The notes under the pieces were generated by a model. The model searched no databases and was not told where the DNA came from. It saw only the letters and a program-made list of their open reading frames with translations. From NCBI GenBank assembly GCA_044229075.1, contig JBGATS010000004.1, positions 878-64,877 on the forward strand: a stretch of 64,000 bases of DNA. Reading direction: 5' to 3'. The stretch comes from Minisyncoccia bacterium (GTDB taxonomy: Bacteria > Patescibacteriota > Minisyncoccia > Phycocordibacterales > UBA1006). Position 1 is the stretch's first letter. Each line of letters begins with the position of its first letter. Below, piece by piece: positions 10,543 through 19,509 of this stretch. A program made the translations under genes and the position numbers.

Positions 10543-11028
10543 TTACTTATCTAAATCTTCCTCAAAAGTAAGACAGATATACTCTGGGCGATCTTTATAC
10601 CAACCAATAGCACCAGATGAAAGTTCATATCGAACAAAAACGTCTCCTGGGTATACAATCGGGTATTGTTCGTGCTTGGGTGAATCAATACCAATTTCCA
10701 AGCTTTCTGACTTAGCGATTTGAAATGCCTCGTCACGAGTGATAGGTAAATCCTTCATTAATGATCCATTCTTTGAAATGTTAAACTTTTTCAGAGAAAC
10801 AATTGTATCGTTTTGCGATTGTTCCATCAAATAATTTTCGATTAATTTCCACTCGCGAGTGGAAGAAGTATCTTCAGTAGATACCTTTTCAGGAGATATT
10901 CCCCTGTTTGGAGAAAGGTACGTTATTTTTGGGATAATTACCTGAGCAAAGAATAATCCAAAGGTTATTATTGCAATCATAGCAATTGAGAAAAAGGTTA
11001 CTTTTTCTGAAAATTTTTTACTTTTCAT
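10543..11028 (-). CDS. Membrane-anchored hypothetical protein
   Basis: N-terminal signal anchor. No recognised domain. Confidence 0.5.
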   Translation of the reverse strand: MKSKKFSEKVTFFSIAMIAIITFGLFFAQVIIPKITYLSPNRGISPEKVSTEDTSSTREWKLIENYLMEQSQNDTIVSLKKFNISKNGSLMKDLPITRDEAFQIAKSESLEIGIDSPKHEQYPIVYPGDVFVRYELSSGAIGWYKDRPEYICLTFEEDLDK

Positions 11029-11263
11029 TTTTTTTTAAATTTATAAGGTTATACAATATTTACAAAACAGATTACTGTTTTTGGATAGATTGTCAAGCTT
11101 TCTGTTTTGTGGTATGTTTTTACTGTACAAGTTTCTCCTTTCTCTCTTTTGTTTTTTACTCTGTTTTTCCTCTCCTCTTGTACGTTTTATTCCTCTCTAC
11201 TTTTGATTTTCTGTTTGGACACATTCATCTCAGAAATTCTTGTATTGTATCAACAATGTTATT

Positions 11264-12775
11264 ATGACCACTCTTGTTCTCTCACTGGTTGCCGGATTGA
11301 TTGCCGGTTACTTTGCTCGGGTACTATTTGCCCGATTCCAACAAAAATCAATCGAAACCGACGTTGCAGAAATCATGTTGCAGGCACGCACCGACGCCGG
11401 AAAAATTATCAACGATGCAGAATCACGTGCGGAAAAAGTCCTGACCCAGAGTCGGGAACTTGAACGTGATCGTGAACGTGAATTTGCAAAAACCAAGGAA
11501 CACTTGGAACGTCGTGAGCAAAATCTGGACAAACGACAATCGGACATGGATCGTGATTACGACCATCTGAAAACAAAAATTGAAGAAGTAAAAGAAATCA
11601 AAGAACGCGCGGAGGAAGCCCTACGGGCACGTAATGCAGTCCTGGAAACTGTTGCAGGACTCTCGACCGCGGAAGCGCGCGACGTACTCCTCCGTGAGGT
11701 CGAGGAAACTACCCAGGCCGACCTGGAAACACGTAGTCAAAAACTCGCGCTCTTTGGTGAAGAAAAATTAAAAGACCGCGCACGCAGTATTCTCACCCTT
11801 GCAATTAATCGTCTGGCAGCCAGCACTGCAGGGGAACTCACCACGACATCAGTCAGTATTGAAAATGACGAGGTAAAAGGAAAAATCATTGGAAAAGAGG
11901 GGCGCAACATCAGAACGTTCGAACGTATGGCTGGTGTAGAACTCTTGATTGACGATGCGCCGAACGAAATTATTATTTCTTGTTTTGATCCCATCCGCCG
12001 ACAGGTGGCGCGGGTAGCACTGGAAAACTTGTTAAAAGATGGGCGCATCCAACCCGCAAAGATCGAAGAATTCATCGAGAAGGCTCAGGCTGAAATTCAC
12101 GAAATCGTCAAGAAGAAAGGTGAAGAAGCCATGTATGAATGCGGTATTATGAACGTTGACCCGCGTGTTGTATCAATTCTGGGGCGACTCCATTTCCGTA
12201 CTAGTTACGGACAAAACGTTTTGAGACACAGTTTAGAGGTTGCCCATTTGTGCGAAATGATTGCCAGCGAGGTTGGTGCGGATCCGTATATCGCAAAATT
12301 TGCAGGACTCGTCCATGATATTGGAAAAGCACTCGATCATGAGATCGAGGGAACCCATGTGGAAATCGGTATCCGGGTACTCCAAAAATTCGGCGTAGAT
12401 GAACGCGTAATTATCGGTATGCGCAGTCACCATGATGAATATCCGCACGAATCGTTGGAAGCCGTCATTGTGCAAACCTGTGACATGATCAGTGGTGCGC
12501 GGCCTGGTGCGCGACGAGATACATTGGAAAATTATATTAAACGCTTAAAGGAGCTCGAGGCGGTTGCCGGAACATTCCAAGGCGTGATGAAGGCCTACGC
12601 GCTGCAGGCGGGACGAGAAATCCGAGTATTTGTTCATCCGGATCAATTGAATGATCATCAGGCACGTCGTGTTGCACGTGATATGGCAGTAAAAATTGAA
12701 CAAGATTTGCGTTATCCGGGTGAAATCAAGGTTACTGTGATCAGAGAGAATAGAGTGATTGAATATGCTAGATAA
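11264..12775 (+). CDS. rny: Ribonuclease Y (N-terminal TM, KH and HD domains)
   Basis: KH: GKEGRNIRTFERMAGVELLIDD. HD: LRHSLEVAHLCEMIA...GLVHDIGKA. The track starts at a TTG at 11240. ATG 11264 gives the TM start MTTLVLSLVAGL. Confidence 0.9.
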   Translation: MTTLVLSLVAGLIAGYFARVLFARFQQKSIETDVAEIMLQARTDAGKIINDAESRAEKVLTQSRELERDREREFAKTKEHLERREQNLDKRQSDMDRDYDHLKTKIEEVKEIKERAEEALRARNAVLETVAGLSTAEARDVLLREVEETTQADLETRSQKLALFGEEKLKDRARSILTLAINRLAASTAGELTTTSVSIENDEVKGKIIGKEGRNIRTFERMAGVELLIDDAPNEIIISCFDPIRRQVARVALENLLKDGRIQPAKIEEFIEKAQAEIHEIVKKKGEEAMYECGIMNVDPRVVSILGRLHFRTSYGQNVLRHSLEVAHLCEMIASEVGADPYIAKFAGLVHDIGKALDHEIEGTHVEIGIRVLQKFGVDERVIIGMRSHHDEYPHESLEAVIVQTCDMISGARPGARRDTLENYIKRLKELEAVAGTFQGVMKAYALQAGREIRVFVHPDQLNDHQARRVARDMAVKIEQDLRYPGEIKVTVIRENRVIEYAR

Positions 12776-12850
12776 AAACCACCAAATTAATTTGGTGGTT
12801 TTTTCGTGAACTGATTAATGAAAGAATACAAGCTTTCAATCATTAATATA

Positions 12851-13660
12851 TTAAATAATCTTGTTATATAATTCCTTTACACGTCGTTTATAAGTAATAT
12901 CACTATCAAAATAGTCAGTGCTAAAATTTGGATTAGAAAGATAAATATCTTTCTTCACAATACCTTTCTCAAGCTCCAAGAAGCCGATTGCTTTTTTTAT
13001 TAATTCTGTCGGTGTAATCCAATAAACAGGGTTTACATTTGTGGAAAAAATATACGGTCTTTCAATTAGTTCGTCTGCTGATAAAATTGTACTAGTGTTA
13101 AATAAATATATATTTGCATTTTGATTATTTAAATGAATTTCTCTTGAAAAGGATTCAACGATCTCTCGTGACTTCCGAAATGATGTAAAGCATTCAATAT
13201 TATGTACGTCTGCAAGTGATCCAAATGAAACAATATTTAATTCGCAATTATTCTTCTTTGATATTTTATCAAGACCTGTAACTATGGTTTGATATGCGCC
13301 AGCAACTAAACTGTATACATCATCATTAATACCATCCTTATTATGATCGTTTTCAATAACAATATTTAAATTCTCATCAATCTCGGTCTTAAATTCACCG
13401 ACTGAATGAAAATAATTAATTTTATCAAAAGAATGTTTTGGGATTTTACTAATAAATTCTTCAATTGACTTTGAATCCGTTAGGTCCACATTAATTGCTA
13501 AATGATGATCTGGTAATACAGACAGTGATTGCAAGGCAACTCCTTTTCGTGAAATACCATATATTAATGTATCATGTTCTAATAAGTATTTTTTCAACAC
13601 CTCTTGTCCCATAGAAGCAGATACTCCCGAAATTACTACAAGTTTTTTATTTGTATTCAT
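12851..13660 (-). CDS. NAD(P)-binding Rossmann-fold protein (atypical SDR-like). The catalytic YxxxK is not evident.
   Basis: KKLVVISGVSASMGQEV glycine-rich motif. AT-rich accessory-looking block. Confidence 0.45.
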   Translation of the reverse strand: MNTNKKLVVISGVSASMGQEVLKKYLLEHDTLIYGISRKGVALQSLSVLPDHHLAINVDLTDSKSIEEFISKIPKHSFDKINYFHSVGEFKTEIDENLNIVIENDHNKDGINDDVYSLVAGAYQTIVTGLDKISKKNNCELNIVSFGSLADVHNIECFTSFRKSREIVESFSREIHLNNQNANIYLFNTSTILSADELIERPYIFSTNVNPVYWITPTELIKKAIGFLELEKGIVKKDIYLSNPNFSTDYFDSDITYKRRVKELYNKII

Positions 13661-13770
13661 AATAAACATAATATAACACATAATATTAATTATGTCACAT
13701 TATATATCAATAATTATATAACTGTAAATAAAATATTTACTTTTAACTATTTTAGTGCCATACTCTGTAT

Positions 13771-14598
13771 ATGAATTTGTTCCCAAAAAAATCCATAGAG
13801 ACTGCAATTATTACCCATTTACAATATAAATCATGGGTTATTGTTGAATTGATTGAGGAATTGCGGATGAAGAGACCAAAACTTTCAAAACAGGCTGTAT
13901 ATCAAATCTTGAGAAAACTAAAAAAATCAGAAATCGTTATTGTAACAAGTAAACGAGTTGCATTATCCAGTATTTGGATTGATCGAATGCATGAATTCTT
14001 TACAGTTGCAAAACTCGCCTATAAAGGATCAGATACATCGTCAGAGAGTTTTATGAATCTTATCGACGGAGATCGTATTGTGTATGAATTCAAAGATCCT
14101 ACCGCAACAGATATTTTCTGGGGACATGCTATGGGATTACTCATAACTCACATGAAAATCAATGAACCTGTATTGCTGTATAATCCGCACCAATGGTTTT
14201 TATTAATGCGTCCAGATAGTGAATTACACTTGATTAAACAGTTTGAATTCATGGGACATCCATGGTTTACCTATATTCCATCAAAAACAAGTTTAGATAC
14301 ATATGCAAAGTCTTTGTTTTCTGGCACAAGTTCCTGTTATTTGGGTGATACCCATTATTTTAAATCCAATAGATATATTAATGTATTTGGTAATTTCCTT
14401 ATTGAAGTTGATATTGATATGCCAACTCACACCCAAATTGAGCATATTTTCAAAACAGAATCGGACCCAGGTAATGCGCAGAAAAAATTAGTATCACTGA
14501 TCGCTCGTATGCACGGCCGTAATAAGCTCACCATTTCTCGTAATGCAAAAAAAGCTGAGAAATATCGACGTGTCTTCAAAAAATATTTTATTTTGTAA
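13771..14598 (+). CDS. Hypothetical protein with N-terminal winged-HTH and a C-terminal domain of unknown function
   Basis: ELIEELRMKRPKLSKQAVYQILRKLKKSEIVIV is HTH-like. The leaderless promoter CATACT sits 6 nt before the ATG. Confidence 0.5.
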   Translation: MNLFPKKSIETAIITHLQYKSWVIVELIEELRMKRPKLSKQAVYQILRKLKKSEIVIVTSKRVALSSIWIDRMHEFFTVAKLAYKGSDTSSESFMNLIDGDRIVYEFKDPTATDIFWGHAMGLLITHMKINEPVLLYNPHQWFLLMRPDSELHLIKQFEFMGHPWFTYIPSKTSLDTYAKSLFSGTSSCYLGDTHYFKSNRYINVFGNFLIEVDIDMPTHTQIEHIFKTESDPGNAQKKLVSLIARMHGRNKLTISRNAKKAEKYRRVFKKYFIL

Positions 14599-14621
14599 AA
14601 ACCTCTTGCATGAAGAGGTTT

Positions 14622-15119
14622 TTACATTTCTTTTATATCTGTAACAATATAAATATTTTCTCGACTCGTAATATCACCATCCCCTGGAATATCACCATAA
14701 ATAGCTGTTATTTCATATTTCTTACCTTCAGGAATAGTCCAACCCCAGAAATCTTCACCCATTAATTCTTTTCTTGTTACAATGATACTTTTATTATTCT
14801 TTATATCGAATAACACCTTGCCCTTTACTACACTATCACTACTCACATCAACATAACTATCTTCTTTTCCTGTATATAAATATATTCTTTTCTCCAAGAA
14901 AAATGGAGCAGTATTCTTTGTTGTGGTAAATTCCAGTCGATCCTTTGATTCAGAATTTATTGTAGTACTTAACTCTTTTGCCTGGTCAAAAACAATTTGT
15001 TTTTTGGACATATAATCAAATGGTATTATTCGATCTTTTGAGAACAAAAATATACCCGATACTAGTATCGTACCAATAATAAATCCAAATAGAACGTGAA
15101 TAAATGTTTTCATATGCAT
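14622..15119 (-). CDS. Membrane-anchored hypothetical protein
   Basis: N-terminal TM. No known domain. Confidence 0.45.
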   Translation of the reverse strand: MHMKTFIHVLFGFIIGTILVSGIFLFSKDRIIPFDYMSKKQIVFDQAKELSTTINSESKDRLEFTTTKNTAPFFLEKRIYLYTGKEDSYVDVSSDSVVKGKVLFDIKNNKSIIVTRKELMGEDFWGWTIPEGKKYEITAIYGDIPGDGDITSRENIYIVTDIKEM

Positions 15120-15151
15120 ATAAATTATGTGCTAAAAATAAAGACAAACTT

Positions 15152-15379
15152 TTAATCAAACATCCTTCTTTTATGCTTTTCTTTTCCTTTTTTCAACTCT
15201 TTCTTTTTATCGACATGTCCACCTGTTTTAAACGTTTTTCCAAACGGCGCTTGATTATTTTTCAGCTGAGCCTCGTAATCGGCGTGACGTATCGTATTAC
15301 TGTGTAATTCACGCTTCTGTTGCTCTATTTTTTCTGCCTGTTTTTTGTTTCCAGGATTTTTTTCGAAATTTAGTTTCAT
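15152..15379 (-). CDS. Small basic lysine-rich hypothetical protein
   Basis: 75 aa, K/E rich. Confidence 0.35.
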   Translation of the reverse strand: MKLNFEKNPGNKKQAEKIEQQKRELHSNTIRHADYEAQLKNNQAPFGKTFKTGGHVDKKKELKKGKEKHKRRMFD

Positions 15380-15428
15380 ACCTTAAAGTATACCACAAAA
15401 AAGCCTGTTTTTACAAACAGGTTACAGG

Positions 15429-15752
15429 CTATCTATTTTTTCTACCCGAGAAGTTTAATTCTTTTAACAATTCTTCAAGTTCATTACTTTTTGTAAAAGA
15501 ACTATTTTCTACAAAAAGAGTAACTTTTTTTGTATCACAATGAGGAGAAATGGCAAAAGATTTAATAAATCCGACCTTCTGTGCCTCTGTCAGTTTTTTT
15601 ACAAACATAGGTTCTTCTCCTCTTTCAAGAGAGAAAACTAATTTTCCTTCGGTGACACTCACTGTTCGTAAAACACTATTAACGGTAATATCAAATAATT
15701 GTTTATCCTTATTACCTTTACTAAAAAGTTTTATTTTTTGAAAAAAGCTCAT
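15429..15752 (-). CDS. Hypothetical protein
   Basis: 107-aa ORF with coding-like composition. Confidence 0.4.
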   Translation of the reverse strand: MSFFQKIKLFSKGNKDKQLFDITVNSVLRTVSVTEGKLVFSLERGEEPMFVKKLTEAQKVGFIKSFAISPHCDTKKVTLFVENSSFTKSNELEELLKELNFSGRKNR

Positions 15753-15955
15753 ATTTCATATTTTAGGTGAACAAATTTGTTTTAACTATAACTATTTTAG
15801 TAAAAAAGTCAATATTTCCCATTTTATAAAAAATACCTTATACTATAAAGGTCTTTTGTGTATCCTTGAAAAAGGTACCCAAGAGCTCTAGAGCATTATC
15901 ATTTTAACCGAATAATCTTCCAAAGGCCTTGGAATTATTCATTTTATCTACTACT

Positions 15956-16228
15956 ATGAACAAAGCAGACCTCGCAACAATGGTTCACGAAAAAATCGGC
16001 GGAACCAAAGTACAATCAGAAGATGTTGTGCAATCAATCTTTGACGCTATTACTGCAACCTTGAAAAAGGGTGACGATGTGTCTATTGCTGGATTTGGAA
16101 TCTTTTCAGTTACCAAAAAAGCTGCACGTATGGCACGAAACCCAAAAACTGGGGAAATGGTACAAGTAGCTGCAAAAAATGCTCCAAAATTCAAAGCTGG
16201 AAAAGCATTGAAAGATGCAGTAAAATAA
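15956..16228 (+). CDS. hup: DNA-binding protein HU
   Basis: MNKADLATMVHEKIGGTKVQ...GFGIFSVTKKAARMARNPKTGEMVQVAAKNAPKFKAGKALKDAV. Confidence 0.9.
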   Translation: MNKADLATMVHEKIGGTKVQSEDVVQSIFDAITATLKKGDDVSIAGFGIFSVTKKAARMARNPKTGEMVQVAAKNAPKFKAGKALKDAVK

Positions 16229-16261
16229 TCAAAAAATCACCGTCGAGACCGGTGATTTTTC

Positions 16262-16375
16262 CTTGCATTTTTTTATTATTCTGCTATTATCTGTACCGGG
16301 ATTGTTAGATTTTTTCATATGTTGATTTTGCGCCTCTATAGTTGCTGTGAAGCTGACTATAGAGGTTATTTTTTT
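16262..16375 (+). ncRNA. Candidate small RNA: house-style promoter (TTGCAT-N16-TGCTATTAT) followed about 80 nt later by a terminator (CCTCTATAGT-N13-ACTATAGAGG plus T-run)
   Basis: Sits between the hup terminator and tRNA-Gly. It is a second terminator directly after hup's own. Also contains a 20-aa ORF MLILRLYSCCEADYRGYFFT. Confidence 0.3.
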
Positions 16376-16450
16376 ACTTGAATACTCATGATAAAAAATA
16401 ATGAGCATTCCTCTTGATTTAAATTCAAAATATGCTACGATAGACCTATT

Positions 16451-16521
16451 GCGGTGTTAGTTTAGTGGTAGAATAACTGCCTTCCAAGCAGTGGACAAGA
16501 GTTCGATTCTCTTACGCCGCA
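16451..16521 (+). tRNA. tRNA-Gly (anticodon UCC)
   Basis: Cloverleaf: acceptor GCGGTGT/ACGCCGC, anticodon stem ACTGC/GCAGT with loop CTTCCAA, T-loop GTTCGATTC. CCA is not encoded. Confidence 0.8.
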
Positions 16522-16697
16522 CATAAAACACAGGGTCTGGACGCGAATGCGTTTGGGCCTTTTGTTTTACTTGTGAATAAAGAATCGAAAGCGGGAGCTG
16601 GTTTACGAAATCTGAAGCGCAGCGAGAGATTTTGTCAGCGAGGGCGGTGCGGGGCAGTAAGCTAGAATTTGAGCGTAGTGAAAAATTATAACCACTG

Positions 16698-16717
16698 ATC
16701 GTGACCTATTCTCTTAC
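16698..16717. repeat. Direct repeat of the tRNA-Gly 3' end (ATTCTCTTACGCCaCACA, 17 of 18 identical), about 185 bp downstream of the tRNA
   Basis: Aligned by eye. The flanks (cacaTAAAAcacaggg versus cacaacatTAAAAgcaggg) are also similar. Possible att scar or tRNA fragment. Confidence 0.5.
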
Positions 16718-16773
16718 GCCACACAACATTAAAAGCAGGGAAATTCCTTTGGAATTTCCCTGCTTTTAATGTA

Positions 16774-17760
16774 TTAAATCTCTTTCACCACTTCAAAACC
16801 ATTTATACTACCCGTAATTGTTAAACCAATTACCTCCCCAGCTATTTTTTGATGTTTAATCTTTTTAGCAAGAATATTTAATGTTGCCCCAGATCCTGTA
16901 AAGTCATCGATAATCATTACTTTTTTAAAAGTATAATTTTTATTCACCACTACCATGGTGTTTTCTGCATTAATCATACGATCTTGAATATCTTTTAAAC
17001 TTTTTTGTTGAACCATAATAGGTGTTGCAATTTTCTCAATAAAAACCTGTGGTAGGTCAATTTTTATTTCTCTTGCCAACTCTTTCATAAACTGAATTGT
17101 TCGTGGAACGGTTGGTGGTACGAACGCTATCGCATCAGAATTAATGGTCTCAATTACCTGTTGTATTTCTGGAAGAACTTTTTGGAGAACTTTCTTGATT
17201 AACATTTTATTTTGTGTTTGTTTTCCATGGAATAGCCATGTTGCAATTTTTGTTTTCCCAAATAGAGGCAAACTGTGTGGGTGTAGATAGAGTAGTTTGT
17301 CAAGAAAAACTTCATTTTTATTAAATGACCGAGCTAATTTATTCGTTGCGTCTATTACACTATTTTTCTTGAGCCGGTCATACTCTTGGATTAATTGAAC
17401 ATATTCTGACGCTTTTTTTTCTAAGTCAAATTTTCGATCATAGCACCAAATATTGAAACCTTGTATTCCTTCAATTTCATTCCCATCTGGAGTAATTAAT
17501 GTAAAGTTTTCATTAATTGTATTAATTGCGTTATTGTCAATAGAATTACTTGACGTTACTACTTGAGAATCATTTTTGTTTATTGAATAATACACCTTTG
17601 GTGGTTTTCCTTGTTTCACTAAAATACCCTTTTCTACAAGAGTTTTGAGGTGGCGATGGGTCATCTGATAGCTAATTCCAAGGAACTCAGTAATTTGATT
17701 TGGAGTAAGTTGCTCACTTTTTCTTATGAAATCAAGTATTTTTTGTTGATTTATATTCAT
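16774..17760 (-). CDS. Transcriptional regulator: N-terminal winged-HTH fused to a C-terminal phosphoribosyltransferase domain (PurR-like architecture)
   Basis: HTH: QKILDFIRKSEQLTPNQITEFLGISYQMTHRHLKTLVEKGIL. PRT motif: VMIIDDFTGSGATLN. Confidence 0.6.
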   Translation of the reverse strand: MNINQQKILDFIRKSEQLTPNQITEFLGISYQMTHRHLKTLVEKGILVKQGKPPKVYYSINKNDSQVVTSSNSIDNNAINTINENFTLITPDGNEIEGIQGFNIWCYDRKFDLEKKASEYVQLIQEYDRLKKNSVIDATNKLARSFNKNEVFLDKLLYLHPHSLPLFGKTKIATWLFHGKQTQNKMLIKKVLQKVLPEIQQVIETINSDAIAFVPPTVPRTIQFMKELAREIKIDLPQVFIEKIATPIMVQQKSLKDIQDRMINAENTMVVVNKNYTFKKVMIIDDFTGSGATLNILAKKIKHQKIAGEVIGLTITGSINGFEVVKEI

Positions 17761-17790
17761 AGTTTATAGTTTACTATAAACTATAAACTA
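17760..17790. promoter_or_regulatory. Perfect 14-bp inverted repeat TAGTTTATAGTTTA-cta-TAAACTATAAACTA that abuts and overlaps the start codon of the wHTH-PRTase gene
   Basis: Checked base by base. Probable autoregulatory operator. Confidence 0.6.
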
Positions 17791-17796
17791 ATGCAA

Positions 17797-17828
17797 GTAA
17801 TTAAAAACCACCCAGGAATTCCTGGGTG
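17797..17828. other. Perfect 32-bp palindrome AAAAACCACCCAGGAATTCCTGGGTGGTTTTT in a divergent intergenic region
   Basis: Hairpin with A/T flanks. No convergent gene to terminate. Confidence 0.5.
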
Positions 17829-18223
17829 GTTTTTCATTCCCTTTGCTTGTTTATGAGTCTGTAAAGTAGAAGTATCAGTTGTACCGTCTTTCATAGTAGA
17901 GAAGTCGGCGAGGAGAGAGGGTGTTAAAATGTTGTCATTCCTGCACAGGCAGGAATATTGCATTTCAACGACCGACTCCTTATATAATATTCGATACTAC
18001 CCCTATTTTACCTCACAAACAAGCAAAGAGAGCGGTGGAAATTGTGAAGCAATTTCCACCGCAATTGTATTTTCGCGGTTGTTCCAATCCGTCCACTATT
18101 GGACATGCCTATAGCAAGCCTATAATGAACGGAATAAGAAATTCAAATACTATTGATTTTTATAAAAAATATGCTATTCTAAATTTAGATAGCAAACTAT
18201 CTAAATTCTATAAACTCTATTAT

Positions 18224-19336
18224 ATGCATATATATCAACGTACAATTGAAAAAAGAATTATAGGAAAATTGTTTCAAAATAAAATTATTACCATTTTGGG
18301 TCCACGTCAATCTGGAAAAACCACTCTCTCTAAATCAATTATCGAACCATTTGGTGATTCTGGGAGGTATTTTAACTGTGAACTTTTGGAAATAAGAAAT
18401 AATCTTATTCCAGGAAAACCTGAAACTCTTTATGAATTTGTTAAGCATTATAAAATTATTGTACTTGATGAAGCTCAAACCGTTGAAAATATTGGGTTTA
18501 TTCTAAAAAACTTTGTTGATACTTACCCTGAAATTCAGATTATTGCAACTGGATCAAGTTCTTTTGATTTAGCAAACAAAATTAACGAGCCAATGACAGG
18601 GCGCACATATGAATTTACCCTGTACCCATTATCATATAGTGAGCTTGATAGTGTTAATCTTGATCAAGCACTAACGTTTGGTATGTACCCGGGAATCGTT
18701 TCTGCGGAAATGGCTGATAGACGTGATCGCCTTCAAAATATTGCCACTAATTATCTATATAAAGATATCTTTAATTTTGAAAATATTCGCAAACCGATGG
18801 TTTTTGAAAAGCTTGTAAAAACTCTAGCACGCGAGATTGGAACGCAGATTTCAACCGACCGACTTGCAAAAACACTTGACACTAACAAGGCAACCGTAGA
18901 ACGCTATATCGCACTATTGGAACAAGCATTTATTATAAAGCGACTGTATTCCTTTTCAAGAAACCTCACCTCTGAACTAAAGAAAGCCTATAAGGTATAT
19001 TTTTTAGACATTGGTTTACGTAATGTTCTTGCAGAAGATGTGGTGTCACCTGAACATCGTGCAGACAATGGTCATCTATTCGAAAACTTTTTTATTATCG
19101 AACGAATAAAACATATGTCGAATATTGGCCACTACCCGTCACATTATTTTTGGCGAACCTATGATAAAAATGAGGTTGATCTGATTGAACTCGAAGCTGG
19201 CAATATTTTTGCATTTGAATGTAAATATACATCTGATCAATTTACAAAATCACTTCATACATTCAACAAAACGTACCCTGGATCAAAAATCGCTCTTGTA
19301 CATAAAAATAATCTCGATGATTTTTTTGGTGTATAA
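18224..19336 (+). CDS. AAA family ATPase (AAA_14 plus DUF4143 type)
   Basis: P-loop ITILGPRQSGKTTL. Promoter TATAAA is 9 nt before ATG 18224. A 9-bp inverted repeat TTTAGATAG-caaa-CTATCTAAA lies at 18184-18205 just upstream. Confidence 0.65.
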   Translation: MHIYQRTIEKRIIGKLFQNKIITILGPRQSGKTTLSKSIIEPFGDSGRYFNCELLEIRNNLIPGKPETLYEFVKHYKIIVLDEAQTVENIGFILKNFVDTYPEIQIIATGSSSFDLANKINEPMTGRTYEFTLYPLSYSELDSVNLDQALTFGMYPGIVSAEMADRRDRLQNIATNYLYKDIFNFENIRKPMVFEKLVKTLAREIGTQISTDRLAKTLDTNKATVERYIALLEQAFIIKRLYSFSRNLTSELKKAYKVYFLDIGLRNVLAEDVVSPEHRADNGHLFENFFIIERIKHMSNIGHYPSHYFWRTYDKNEVDLIELEAGNIFAFECKYTSDQFTKSLHTFNKTYPGSKIALVHKNNLDDFFGV

Positions 19337-19509
19337 TTCCTTTTTCCCTATCCACCCACCAATTACTTGATGAGTGGAATAAGAAAATCAAACAAGACGA
19401 CCAAGTCTGTTTGAATGTAATTTTCATATTTATCATAATACCACAATTACACTATTTTTTCATAACACAATTAAAATTTTGTAATACAAAAACAGCTTTT
19501 TAAGCTGTT

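Noticed and set aside
16514-19400. Complete genomic island integrated at tRNA-Gly
   Set aside because: Only one partial repeat was found, about 185 bp from the tRNA, with no second distal repeat or integrase adjacent. Reported only as a possible scar.
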